Shown here: positions 51,243 to 60,964 of the stretch, one piece after another
How positions within the stretch are numbered: position 1 is the first letter of the stretch
Layout of the letters: every line of letters begins with the position of its first letter
Assembly (NCBI GenBank): GCA_050290185.1
Contig: JBNKHE010000003.1
Location: 224,001 to 288,000 of the forward strand
Direction of reading: 5' to 3'
From: Pontiella sp.
Lineage (GTDB): Bacteria > Verrucomicrobiota > Kiritimatiellia > Kiritimatiellales > Pontiellaceae
Length of the DNA stretch: 64,000 bases
Made by a program: the position numbers and the translations under genes
The notes under the pieces: model-generated
Seen by the model: the letters and a program-made list of their open reading frames with translations, nothing else
Told to the model about the DNA's origin: nothing
The model's database searches: none

Positions 51243-53483
51243 CTATTTTTTCCGGCTGAGGATGGGGTAGAAAACAAGCCGGGGGCAGAGGAAGACGGCC
51301 GCGAGTGTTATGGAAAGTCCGACGATTCCCTTAAGCGTTTCGGCTTGGATAAGGAATGGGATGATTATTGCTGAGCCCAGCAAAAGCCAAGTGGTTAGCA
51401 ATCCCTTGAGATGGCGTCCCATGATCTGCGGTACATTGAAGAAGAGATCGAAGGCCCAGTGTTCGAGCAATGCGCCGTGTTCGCCGAAGACGGGGATGAT
51501 ATGAACGATACTGGTGGCGCGGCGGCTGACAAGGAAGCGGGCCAGATGCGGATAGGTGGTGGTCATCTGCAGCGGGAAGGCGAGGTAGCCGATGTATTTT
51601 ACGAACGAGAGCGGGGCGGCCACGAGATAGTCGCGCCAGTTGCGTTCGCGGATCATCAGGAACACCACGTATAGGCCACGGCAAATGGAGCCCGGCGAAA
51701 TAGGGGTGACCTGGAACAGGGCGACTACCCCGGCAAACGCGAAAGAAGCATCACCCGTAGATCCCCCTTTGCTGATTACATAGGCCGCAACAAAAGCGCC
51801 GGTAATCACGCTGACAATCTGTGTGACGGGAATAGTACAGAAGTGAATGGCCATACTCTTGAGGTATTTGACGATGTAAGGTTCCTTGATGATGGAGACG
51901 ATATGATCGTGTTCCTCCTTGGAGAGCATGCCGTCCTTTTCACCTTCAGCGACCTGATCGAGGAACCACTTTTCACGGAATGCTTCGTCCTTGGCAAATC
52001 GGTAGATAAACTTAAAGAAGGCGACGGTGGCGTCCCAGGCGATGCGCGGCCGGATGCAGAAGCGGTGCAGCCCAATGGGCAGGATGCCGACAGTGAAGCG
52101 TTCGAGGAAGAAGAGCCCCGGATTTTCCATCAGACGACGGGTGCGGGTTTCGTCGGTGCGACCGATGCGGTGCCATCCAATAAGTTCGTGTGCGGCGCGG
52201 GCCTTGAGTGCGGTCTTGAAGTATCCGGGTTTCGTGAAGATACTCAGGATGTGCTGGCGGAACGCTTTGCTGCCCCAGCGCTGCCGGATCATCTTGCCCA
52301 GAAGCGGAACCGCACCCAACAGGTGGAAAAACGAGAAGGTTAAGCCGCCTTTGCGAAGTTTTTCGGCGAAGGCTTCATCGACCAGATCATCAGCGAGATA
52401 GCCTTCAACGAGACCGGCTACGATGTCCATCCGTAAGGCTTTGTCGAAGGCGGGGCGCAAGCCGTGGTGGGTGATGTCCCACAGCGAACGGCGGTAGGCA
52501 CGGTCCTGGATCTTGAGTTCATCGATCATCGGTTGCACGTCGGCAAAAACATCGGGGTGGGCGGCAACGTAGGCTTCCATTTTGGAAAGGTCGCAGCGGT
52601 CGAACTGGACAAGCGCGCCGCGTTTGAGGCCGTTGATGATCAGCTTGAAGTCGCCGGGGCTCATAGGGAGCCAGGGCAGCAGGGCGAGGCCGGCGCGGAA
52701 GTCGATGGCGCAAAGTCCGCCGTCTTCGGTGTCGGTCCGCTTCATGCAGTTGGGCTGGCTTTTCATCGTCGACCATTCATACTGGCGGGCGAATTCAGGC
52801 GCTCCCATTTCGTGCATGAGATCCACCATGTCTGCCATAAAGCGCCGTTTTTCGACAAACTCGAGGCTTTCCGTGGACTCAATGTCGACGTTTTTCCAGT
52901 CCTTGCGAGTCGAGATGTCGCGGTCGGCTTCGAGCTTCCACATGCGGCCTTCCACCCATTCGGTGATTTCACCATAGGCATTGAGGTTGGCATCCCAGAA
53001 GGAGGCGTAGGCATCTTTGACTGCGGTTTCGCGCCCGAATTTGACGAGTCCTGCGCGGCGAACGAGTTTTTGCCAGAGGAGGCCGGCCCGGCAGGCACCA
53101 TAGTTGACCTGCGAGCTGAACGGGCCTTGGAAGGCGAGCCAGTATGTAGTGTTTCGGAACCATCGTGAAAAGGCGCTGGGGGGAATAACGATCTTGATGG
53201 CGTAAAGTTTTCCAATCTCCAGCCCGGGGATGAATGTATTGTCCGGCAGATCGAGTCCCGTCAGTTTGCAACGGTAAACCTGTCCCGCAAAACCACCACC
53301 CAGAAATTTATCAATGGTCAACTCGGCTTTGCCGTGTATGGCTGGATAGACGCCGGTGATATCGATCGGCAGGACGGTGCCCGTCTCGTAGCGGGTCGGA
53401 CGGTGGGGAATGTGCAGTTGTGGATCATGGGCTTGTTGTTCAAGCTTTTTGCATAATTCGATTGAATAAATATTTTTTGCCAT
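51243..53483 (-). CDS. Uncharacterised membrane protein with protein-kinase-like N-terminal motifs
   Basis: Long ORF; LGGGFAGQVY, YAIK, TEWVEG, KSQPN, AIDF; several C-terminal hydrophobic segments. Confidence 0.75.
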   Translation of the reverse strand: MAKNIYSIELCKKLEQQAHDPQLHIPHRPTRYETGTVLPIDITGVYPAIHGKAELTIDKFLGGGFAGQVYRCKLTGLDLPDNTFIPGLEIGKLYAIKIVIPPSAFSRWFRNTTYWLAFQGPFSSQVNYGACRAGLLWQKLVRRAGLVKFGRETAVKDAYASFWDANLNAYGEITEWVEGRMWKLEADRDISTRKDWKNVDIESTESLEFVEKRRFMADMVDLMHEMGAPEFARQYEWSTMKSQPNCMKRTDTEDGGLCAIDFRAGLALLPWLPMSPGDFKLIINGLKRGALVQFDRCDLSKMEAYVAAHPDVFADVQPMIDELKIQDRAYRRSLWDITHHGLRPAFDKALRMDIVAGLVEGYLADDLVDEAFAEKLRKGGLTFSFFHLLGAVPLLGKMIRQRWGSKAFRQHILSIFTKPGYFKTALKARAAHELIGWHRIGRTDETRTRRLMENPGLFFLERFTVGILPIGLHRFCIRPRIAWDATVAFFKFIYRFAKDEAFREKWFLDQVAEGEKDGMLSKEEHDHIVSIIKEPYIVKYLKSMAIHFCTIPVTQIVSVITGAFVAAYVISKGGSTGDASFAFAGVVALFQVTPISPGSICRGLYVVFLMIRERNWRDYLVAAPLSFVKYIGYLAFPLQMTTTYPHLARFLVSRRATSIVHIIPVFGEHGALLEHWAFDLFFNVPQIMGRHLKGLLTTWLLLGSAIIIPFLIQAETLKGIVGLSITLAAVFLCPRLVFYPILSRKK

Positions 53484-53607
53484 TGGTTCCCTGGGATCTA
53501 GCCGTTGAAAGAGCTGGGAGCTTGCCAAAACGACTATGGGAAAACAAACCCTATGAGGATCAAAAGGTTGGCTGCTGGAATGGCGGGCGATTCATTCATA
53601 AATTCAC

Positions 53608-53636
53608 TTGCGCACCTCCATGAGTTGAAGCATATT
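53608..53636 (+). promoter_or_regulatory. Putative sigma-70 promoter of the rib leader
   Basis: TTGCGC-N17-CATATT ending just before the riboswitch. Confidence 0.5.
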
Positions 53637-53642
53637 CCAGCG

Positions 53643-53761
53643 ATCTTCAGGGCAGGGTGAAATTCCCGACCGGCGGTAAAAGTCCGCGAGTTTTTCCGAT
53701 TCGGAAGGACACGATGCAGTGAAATTCTGCAACCGACAGTAAAGTCTGGATGAGAGAAGAT
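53643..53761 (+). promoter_or_regulatory. FMN riboswitch (RFN element)
   Basis: TCTTCAGGGCAGGGTGAAATTCCCGACCGGCGGT..AGTCCGCGA..GTGAAATTC..ACCGACAGTAAAGTCTGGATGAGAGAAGA upstream of ribBA. Confidence 0.97.
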
Positions 53762-53790
53762 GACTACACGCATTGCTGTGTTCGTAAAAT

Positions 53791-53827
53791 GCCCTGAAGA
53801 CGTATGTTCTTTAGGGTTTTTGTTTTT
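53791..53827 (+). terminator. Riboswitch-controlled intrinsic terminator
   Basis: GCCCTGAAGA / TCTTTAGGGT stem plus T tract; the left arm is the exact complement of aptamer 5' strand TCTTCAGGGC. Confidence 0.88.
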
Positions 53828-53838
53828 CAGGAGCAGTT

Positions 53839-55044
53839 ATGAGCGAAAAAATATTCGATCCGATCGAGGATGTGATCGAAGCATTCCGCAAGGGTGAAAT
53901 CATCGTAATGACCGATGATGAACAGCGGGAAAACGAGGGTGATTTAATCTGCGCCGCGGAAAAGGCCACTCCCGAGATCATCAATTTCATGGTCACCTAT
54001 GCCCGCGGGCTGGTGTGCGTCCCCATGGAGGAAGACCAGCTTAGGCACCTTGGTTTGTCGCACATGGTACCGGCTCATTCCTCGGATAAATACCATACGG
54101 CATTCATGGATTCGGTCGATGTCCGCAAGGATACGACCACGGGAATCAGTGCCGCCGACCGGGCCCATACCGTGCAGGCATTAATTTCTGATTCCAGCGA
54201 AGCGGCCGATTTCATCAAGCCCGGCCACATGTTCCCTCTCAAAGCGGTACCCGGTGGTGTGCTCGAACGCGCCGGCCATACCGAGGGCACGGTTGATCTG
54301 GCCCGTATTTGCGGCCTCAAGCCCGCCGGGGTGATCTGCGAAATTCTGCGCGATGACGGCGATATGATGAGACTGGAGGAACTTCGTAAGTTTGCGGATA
54401 CGCATGGGCTTAAAATGACCGCTGTTTCCGAGGTTGCGAAATACCGCTACACCCACGAAAAGCTCATTCATTTGGAACGGGAAATCAGCATGCCGACGGA
54501 TGCCGGCCCGTTCCGGCTGAAACTCTACAGCTCTGCCGTGGATCAAAAAGATCATCTGGCTCTGGTCTGCGGTGATGCATCTACGGGAAAGGTTCCGCTT
54601 GTGCGCGTGCACAGCGAGTGCCTGACCGGTGATGTCTTCCATTCCATGCGGTGCGACTGTGGTGCCCAGCTGCACGCTGCCATGTTTGCTGTGCAAAAAC
54701 ATGGATATGGCGCGATCGTCTACATGCGGCAGGAGGGCCGTGGCATAGGGCTGGCTAAGAAGCTTCATGCCTACGAATTGCAGGAAAAGGGCATGGATAC
54801 CGTCGAAGCCAACGAGCATCTGGGCTTTGGCGCCGACCTGCGCGACTATGGAATCGGCGCCCAGATTCTGGAAGATCTCGGCATGATGAAGATCAACCTG
54901 CTTACCAATAATCCTGCCAAGATAGAAGGCCTCGACAAGTATGGCATCGAAATCAACGAGCGCATGCCTCTGGTACTCCCGCCGTCTGAACACAACGAAA
55001 ACTATCTGGCGACCAAGCGCGACAAGATGGGGCATATTATTTAA
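53839..55044 (+). CDS. ribBA: Bifunctional DHBP synthase / GTP cyclohydrolase II
   Basis: [55 protein letters not shown]. Confidence 0.97.
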   Translation: MSEKIFDPIEDVIEAFRKGEIIVMTDDEQRENEGDLICAAEKATPEIINFMVTYARGLVCVPMEEDQLRHLGLSHMVPAHSSDKYHTAFMDSVDVRKDTTTGISAADRAHTVQALISDSSEAADFIKPGHMFPLKAVPGGVLERAGHTEGTVDLARICGLKPAGVICEILRDDGDMMRLEELRKFADTHGLKMTAVSEVAKYRYTHEKLIHLEREISMPTDAGPFRLKLYSSAVDQKDHLALVCGDASTGKVPLVRVHSECLTGDVFHSMRCDCGAQLHAAMFAVQKHGYGAIVYMRQEGRGIGLAKKLHAYELQEKGMDTVEANEHLGFGADLRDYGIGAQILEDLGMMKINLLTNNPAKIEGLDKYGIEINERMPLVLPPSEHNENYLATKRDKMGHII

Positions 55045-55104
55045 TGACAAGTGATTCGTGATAAGGCGTGCTTCACGTTTCAAGCGTCACGAACGGAGTG
55101 AATT

Positions 55105-55614
55105 ATGGGAAAAGGAATTTCCAGCGAGATCGGAAAGATCGGGGGCATTGGGGCGCGGCAGGTTACGGGATCGCTGGACGCATCGGGGATGCGTTTCGGA
55201 ATCGTGGTCAGCCGCTTCAACGATGAGTTGACCAATGTGCTTGCGATGAGTGCCTGCCAGTGCCTTGAAAAGTACGGCGCCAGTCCGGAAACCATCGATC
55301 TTGTTCGTGTTCCGGGGGCTTACGAAATCCCCGTGGTGGCCGATAAAATGGCGGCGAGCAAACGCTATGATGCTTTGATTGTGCTAGGGGTGGTCGTCGA
55401 GGGCGAAACCCAGCATGCGCAGATGATCATCGACACCACCGGACAGAGTATACTGGATATCGCCTGCCGCCATCAGATTCCGGTCATTAATGAAATTGTG
55501 GGGGTGCGCAGCTGGGCTCAGGCCGAGGCGCGTTGTCTGGGCGGGGAAAATACACGCGGCTGGTATGCCGCCGAGGCGGCTATTGAAACCGCACGGGTAT
55601 ACAAACAACTCTAA
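55105..55614 (+). CDS. ribH: 6,7-dimethyl-8-ribityllumazine synthase (divergent)
   Basis: IVVSRFN, VPGAYEIP, YDA.I.LG.V..GET.H; position between ribBA and nusB. Confidence 0.9.
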   Translation: MGKGISSEIGKIGGIGARQVTGSLDASGMRFGIVVSRFNDELTNVLAMSACQCLEKYGASPETIDLVRVPGAYEIPVVADKMAASKRYDALIVLGVVVEGETQHAQMIIDTTGQSILDIACRHQIPVINEIVGVRSWAQAEARCLGGENTRGWYAAEAAIETARVYKQL

Positions 55615-55715
55615 CCATTTAGATTTTTGAATTCCGGTTTCCGGTTCTTGGGTCTGCGACAACGTTCGTATAGCGTGCAGGAATTGGATGTAGGATTTCC
55701 TCAATTGGATTATTT

Positions 55716-56174
55716 ATGCAGAAGAAAAAAGTCAACGGACGTCGCGAAACACGTGAATGGATCATGCAGTTTCTGTTTCAGCTCGATTTCAATCCCGAGC
55801 CGATCGATATCGCTCTGAAGGATTTCTGGGAAGAGAAGGATCCCAGCGATCGCGAAAAGAACTACGCCGAAGAAATTATCAAGGGCGTGGTACAGCATAA
55901 GCAAGAACTGGATGAGCGGCTCTCGGAATATGCCAACCGCTGGAACTCCGACCGCATGGGGGCCGTTGACCGCGCCGTGATGCGCGTGGCCTTGTTTGAG
56001 ATGCTCTATCGCGAGGATGTTCCGCCCGTGGTGTCGATCAACGAGGCCGTCCATTTCGCCAAGGATTTCAGCAGCTTCCAGTCCGGCCGATTCGTTAATG
56101 GTGTACTGGACCGCATCCGCAAGGAAATCGACCGCCCGGCGCGTACTACCTACAAACCCAAGGGACAGAACTAA
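55716..56174 (+). CDS. nusB: Transcription antitermination factor NusB
   Basis: RR..RE..MQ.LFQ, W..DRM..VDR, P..VSINEAV..AK.F, FVNGVLD. Confidence 0.95.
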   Translation: MQKKKVNGRRETREWIMQFLFQLDFNPEPIDIALKDFWEEKDPSDREKNYAEEIIKGVVQHKQELDERLSEYANRWNSDRMGAVDRAVMRVALFEMLYREDVPPVVSINEAVHFAKDFSSFQSGRFVNGVLDRIRKEIDRPARTTYKPKGQN

Positions 56175-57076
56175 TGGCGGGTTGGTTTGGCGCTCTGTCT
56201 AAAACGCGGAGTATTCTGCAGAAGGTGTTTTCTTCTGGTGTGGGAGATGCCGGTGAACTCGATGTCGAGGAGTTGGAGGAAATCCTGCTGCGGTCGGATG
56301 TGCCGGCACGTCTGACCATGGAGATTGTCGACAAGCTGGAATCGGCATCGCGTAAAGTATCGCGCAAGGATCTTCTCCGGGATTTGCTGACGGATGCCCT
56401 GGGCGAAGCCCAACCGTTTGTTTGGCCGGCGGGCAAGGATCCCTATGTCGTCATGCTGCTGGGCGTCAACGGATCAGGGAAAACGACGACCGCGGCCAAG
56501 CTTGCCAAAAAAGCTTTAGGCGAAGGACTCAAGCCTTTGCTCTGTGGATCCGACACCTTTCGTGCCGCCGGCTCGTCCCAGCTCAAACTGTGGAGCGAAC
56601 GGGTCGGGTGCGATTTTGTCGGCGGCGAAATGGGCCACGATGCCGCGGGCGTTGCGTTCAACGCCGTCGATTCCGCCCTCGAAAAGAATTGTGGCGTGGT
56701 ATTGGTCGACACCGCCGGGCGAATGCACACCAAAACACCGCTGATGGATGAATTGCCGAAGATGTGCCGCTCCATGAACAAGTGTTTACAGGGCGCACCA
56801 CATGATGTCTGGATGGTGCTTGATGCTTCCCTCGGCCAGAATGCCATCATTCAGGCCAAGCAGTTTAATGCGGTTGTGCCGCTGACCGGAATTGTCGTTA
56901 CCAAACTAGACGGTTCCTCCAAAGCCGGGTTTCTTTTTTCCGTGAGATCCGAACTCAATGTGCCGATCCTGTTCACCGGCCTCGGCGAAGGTGAAGACGA
57001 CCTTGTTCCCTTCAATGCCGGTCAATTTGTCGATGCGCTTGTTGGGGATGACGCCGGGGTGGACGAAACACGCTGA
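56174..57076 (+). CDS. ftsY: Signal recognition particle receptor FtsY (short, NG domain only)
   Basis: L.KTR, GVNGSGKTTT..KLA, DTFRAA, DTAGR, VLDA..GQN, TKLDG..K.G, G.GE..DDL..F. Confidence 0.95.
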   Translation: MAGWFGALSKTRSILQKVFSSGVGDAGELDVEELEEILLRSDVPARLTMEIVDKLESASRKVSRKDLLRDLLTDALGEAQPFVWPAGKDPYVVMLLGVNGSGKTTTAAKLAKKALGEGLKPLLCGSDTFRAAGSSQLKLWSERVGCDFVGGEMGHDAAGVAFNAVDSALEKNCGVVLVDTAGRMHTKTPLMDELPKMCRSMNKCLQGAPHDVWMVLDASLGQNAIIQAKQFNAVVPLTGIVVTKLDGSSKAGFLFSVRSELNVPILFTGLGEGEDDLVPFNAGQFVDALVGDDAGVDETR

Positions 57077-57091
57077 TTCGACCTATTTAAA

Positions 57092-58102
57092 ATGACGAAC
57101 GATGAACAATACATGTTGCGGGCGATTGAGCTGGCGAAGCTGGGTGAGGGCCTGACCCGTCCGAATCCGCCCGTCGGTGCTGTGCTGGTATTGGAAGATC
57201 ACGTCGTAGCCGAAGGATGGCACCACAAGGCCGGAGAGGCCCATGCCGAGCGGGATTGCCTTCGCAAGCTGCCGCCTATCGCCGCTTCGCTGAAGAATGC
57301 GACACTTTATGTGACGCTGGAACCCTGTTCCACGCATGGCCGCACGCCGCCGTGCACGGATCTGATTATGGAGAAGGGTATTGGACGCGTGGTGGTCGCT
57401 GCTATGGATCTGAATCCCAAACACGCAGGCCGGGGGCTGGAGATCCTTAAGGCGGCCGGTGTTGAAGTGGTTTCCGGGGTGTGCGCAACGCAAGGACGCG
57501 AACTGATCGCCCCGTTTGAAAAGTTCGTTACGACCGGTATGCCTTATGTAACGCTGAAACTGGCGTCAACCCTGGATGGCAGAATTGCCGACAGCGAAGG
57601 CGACTCGAAATGGATAACAGGTGCCGAATCCCGCGAGCGCGTCCAGGAAATGCGGCGCCAGGCGGATGCCATCATGGTGGGCGCGGCGACCGTGCGCGCA
57701 GATGATCCTTCATTACTGCCGCGTCCTGCCGAGGGCCGAAACCCTTGGCGCGTCGTGGTTGGAAGAAATGTTCCCGCCGAGGCGAAGGTGCTGACGGATG
57801 AAGCCGCGGACCGCACTCTTGTGCGGGAAGGCTCTCTGAAGGAAATTCTGAAAGATCTGGCCGAAAACCACGATGTGATGCACGTGCTTTGCGAGGGTGG
57901 CGGTAAAATGGCTTCCGGTTTGGTCGAAGAGGGCCTTGTTGATGAGTTTGCCTTCTTCATCGCTCCGAAGCTGATGGGGGCGGATGGCCTGCCGAACTTC
58001 GGGAAGGTCGGCGGTCTGATCGGTCATATCACTAATTTGAAATTCGCCTCGGTCGAAACGGTCGGCGAGGATGTATTGATTAAAGCAAAACCGGAGGGAT
58101 AG
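57092..58102 (+). CDS. ribD: Bifunctional pyrimidine deaminase/reductase RibD
   Basis: PNPPVGAV, HAE, TLEPC..GRTPPC, KLA.TLDG, SKWIT, DAIMVG, CEGGG. Confidence 0.96.
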   Translation: MTNDEQYMLRAIELAKLGEGLTRPNPPVGAVLVLEDHVVAEGWHHKAGEAHAERDCLRKLPPIAASLKNATLYVTLEPCSTHGRTPPCTDLIMEKGIGRVVVAAMDLNPKHAGRGLEILKAAGVEVVSGVCATQGRELIAPFEKFVTTGMPYVTLKLASTLDGRIADSEGDSKWITGAESRERVQEMRRQADAIMVGAATVRADDPSLLPRPAEGRNPWRVVVGRNVPAEAKVLTDEAADRTLVREGSLKEILKDLAENHDVMHVLCEGGGKMASGLVEEGLVDEFAFFIAPKLMGADGLPNFGKVGGLIGHITNLKFASVETVGEDVLIKAKPEG

Positions 58103-58104
58103 GG

Positions 58105-58731
58105 ATGTTTACAGGAATTGTTCAACGACTCGGCCATATTGTGGATATCAAGATGGAAGGTACCGCGGGGCGCATTACAATGCTCCCGAACCGGCCGTTT
58201 GACCGACCCGTGAATCTGGGCGACAGCATTGCAGTGAACGGAACCTGCCTTACCGTTGCGGCAACAGACGGCGACAAGCTGATGTTTGATGTGCTTGGCG
58301 AAACCTTCGATAAAACCAATCTTGGCGACAAGACGCCCGGTGATGTGGTGAATCTCGAACAGGCGCTGGCTCTTGGCGATACGCTGGGCGGGCATATTGT
58401 GACCGGCCATGTCGACAACACCGGCACCGTTGCCAAGGTCGAACAGGTCGGCCGCGATTGGAAGTTTACCATCGAATGCTCGCGCGACATGCTGATGCTG
58501 ATGGTCTACAAAGGATCCATCGCGATCGACGGAATCTCGCTGACCGTCGCCGAGCTGGTCGATAACGGCTTCATCGTCCACATCATTCCGCACACTATCC
58601 AGGAGACCGATATGTCGGAATTCAAGGTCGGTACGAAGGTTAATCTTGAAGCCGACATTCTCGGTAAGCACGTCCAGCGCATTCTCGAATTCGGCGGTGG
58701 CCAGGACTATCGACTCAACCTGAACGGATAG
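58105..58731 (+). CDS. ribE: Riboflavin synthase (alpha chain)
   Basis: N-terminal MFTGIV, GDSIAVNGTCLT, VNLE, GGHIVTGHVD, KGSIAIDGISLT. Confidence 0.96.
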   Translation: MFTGIVQRLGHIVDIKMEGTAGRITMLPNRPFDRPVNLGDSIAVNGTCLTVAATDGDKLMFDVLGETFDKTNLGDKTPGDVVNLEQALALGDTLGGHIVTGHVDNTGTVAKVEQVGRDWKFTIECSRDMLMLMVYKGSIAIDGISLTVAELVDNGFIVHIIPHTIQETDMSEFKVGTKVNLEADILGKHVQRILEFGGGQDYRLNLNG

Positions 58732-58734
58732 ACT

Positions 58735-59487
58735 ATGCGTTTTCTTTTTGTCAGTCTGTTAGCGATGTCCATGATATGCGGTTGCCGGTCGACTACACCT
58801 GTTCAACCGCCTGGGCCACGGGAGAAGCAACTCTTTCTGGTAATCGACGATGCCGGGCTGGCGCTGGAGGAAACCCGGCAGTATCTTGATATTCCGGTAC
58901 CCATGACGATTGCGGTGCTACCGCATCTGAAGGACACGGTTCTGGTTTGCAAGGAAATCAATCGCCACAGGGATAAGGAAATCATTCTCCATCAACCGAT
59001 GGAAGCCCAGGATCCGACTAAGAAAACAGGGGACGGCGCAATTCTGAGTTCCACGCGGCCTACCCAGGTTGCTGCCATTCTTGATTGGAACCTGTCGTCG
59101 GTTCGAGGGGCCGTTGGCATGAACAACCATATGGGTTCCAGGATCACAGAAAATCCGGTATTGATGCGTGAAGTATTGCGTTATTGCAAAGCCAACGGCC
59201 TTCTCTTTCTGGACAGCAAAACAGCGTACAACTCGGTTGTGCCGCTCGTCGCCCGGCAGGAGCATGTGCACCTCGAACAGCGCGACAGTTTTCTCGACAT
59301 CGAACATGACCGCGAATACATCCGTCGCATGTGGTCGCAAGCCGTGGCGAAGGCCCAAAAAAACGGATACGTGATTGTGATTGGTCATGCGTGGTCGCCG
59401 GAGACGGCCGCAGCCATTCGCGATAGCTATGAAACACTCCTGAACCAAGGGTATACCTTTCACCGGCTTTCGGAACTGTATCCATGA
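58735..59487 (+). CDS. Divergent polysaccharide deacetylase family lipoprotein
   Basis: VIDDAG, TIAVLP, ILHQPME, GMNNHMGS, FLDS.T, FLD, IGH. Confidence 0.88.
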   Translation: MRFLFVSLLAMSMICGCRSTTPVQPPGPREKQLFLVIDDAGLALEETRQYLDIPVPMTIAVLPHLKDTVLVCKEINRHRDKEIILHQPMEAQDPTKKTGDGAILSSTRPTQVAAILDWNLSSVRGAVGMNNHMGSRITENPVLMREVLRYCKANGLLFLDSKTAYNSVVPLVARQEHVHLEQRDSFLDIEHDREYIRRMWSQAVAKAQKNGYVIVIGHAWSPETAAAIRDSYETLLNQGYTFHRLSELYP

Positions 59488-60347
59488 AGGCGAAACCCAT
59501 ACTAAACCGATCCGTGCTGGTTACCGGATGTTCGTCGGGAATCGGCCTGGCCACGGCAGAGCTGTTGCGGTCCAAAGGTTGGACGGTATTCCCGACGGCC
59601 CGCAAGGTCGAGGATCTGGATATGCTCGAAGCAAAGGGGTTCACGGCCATCCAACTGGATGTGGCCTCGAGTGTTTCGATCGAGGCGGCAGTCGACCAGG
59701 TGCTTTTTACCAACGATGGTCAGCTCGGTGCGGTAGTGAATAATGCCGGCTTCGGTATGCCGGGCGCGATTCAGGATCTGAGCCGCGACGCGATGCGGAA
59801 TCAGTTTGAAATCAACCTGTTTGGATTGCAGGAGCTGACCAACCGGTTGATTCCTGTTTTCCGTAATCAAGGTTGCGGTCGTATCGTAAATATCAGTTCG
59901 GTGGTGGGCCGGATTGCGCTGCCGTTTATGGGTATCTATTCGGCCTCCAAGTTTGCCCTCGAAGCGGTCAGCGACGCCCAGCGCATTGAGCTTTTGCCAG
60001 ATTCCATCAGCGTGTCTATTGTCGAACCCGGACCTATCCGCACTCGTTTTTCAACCAACTGCGCCGGCCAAGGCGAAAAGGGGCTTGATGCGGGTAATTC
60101 GCGGTTTGGTTCAGCGTACAAGCAGTATTTCAAGAAGCGCCGTGACGGCGGAATGTCGGAAGACCGTTTTCGCCTGCCGCCGGAAGCCGTAGCTAAAAAG
60201 ATTCTGCATGCCCTGGAATCGCCACGCCCAAAGATTCGCTATTGTGTAACCATTCCGGCTTATCTTGGCAGCTGGGCCGCACATTTTGTTCCGGCAGGCC
60301 TGATCGACCGCCAGATGATCGGCCATGTGAAAAAACGCTTCGGCTGA
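59484..60347 (+). CDS. Short-chain dehydrogenase/reductase
   Basis: VTGCSSGIG, NNAG, NISS, YSASK, EPGPI. Confidence 0.93.
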   Translation: MKAKPILNRSVLVTGCSSGIGLATAELLRSKGWTVFPTARKVEDLDMLEAKGFTAIQLDVASSVSIEAAVDQVLFTNDGQLGAVVNNAGFGMPGAIQDLSRDAMRNQFEINLFGLQELTNRLIPVFRNQGCGRIVNISSVVGRIALPFMGIYSASKFALEAVSDAQRIELLPDSISVSIVEPGPIRTRFSTNCAGQGEKGLDAGNSRFGSAYKQYFKKRRDGGMSEDRFRLPPEAVAKKILHALESPRPKIRYCVTIPAYLGSWAAHFVPAGLIDRQMIGHVKKRFG

Positions 60348-60412
60348 ACACAGGCTTGGATTTGCACGGTTTATGCTTACAATGTCTCCAGTTCAACAGG
60401 AGCTTGTATCCG

Positions 60413-60964
60413 ATGAAATACATCTGTGCGCTTATAGCATCCGTCGCCTTGCTTTCCGGTTGTTCCGTTGTATCGGTCAGCCGCGACTACGACCCTTCCG
60501 CTGATTTTTCCTCGCTGAGCACCTATGCATGGAAATACGAAAAACAGCCTGTGACGGGCAATCCACGCATCGATAACGATCTGGTGGACCAGCGAGTCCG
60601 CGCGGCTGTCGATGCTGAGCTGGAAGCCAAGGGATTTGAGCGCGCCGAAAGGTCCAATGCTGATTGTCTGGTCGCATACTTCATCGAATACAAACGTCGG
60701 ATCAGCGGTAATACCTGGGTGTTCGGTCTTGGATCAGGCATGTATGACGGCTATGGCGGCATCGGTTACAACACCGCCATATCCGACTATGACGAGGGGT
60801 TCCTGACCATTGATGTCATTGACCGACCGCTCGATAAAACCATCTGGCGCGGTGTCGGCCAGCGAGCCACGTATGAAGCAGAAGATCCCGGCAGGGTCAC
60901 GGAAATCATCGGCAAGGCCGTTTCGCGGATTCTTGCCGACTTTCCACCGAAGGGGCGGAAATAA
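60413..60964 (+). CDS. DUF4136-like lipoprotein
   Basis: LLSGC lipobox, DYD..ADFS...TYAW, L.AKGF, Y.EG.L.ID..D....IWRG, IL..FPP. Confidence 0.82.
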   Translation: MKYICALIASVALLSGCSVVSVSRDYDPSADFSSLSTYAWKYEKQPVTGNPRIDNDLVDQRVRAAVDAELEAKGFERAERSNADCLVAYFIEYKRRISGNTWVFGLGSGMYDGYGGIGYNTAISDYDEGFLTIDVIDRPLDKTIWRGVGQRATYEAEDPGRVTEIIGKAVSRILADFPPKGRK

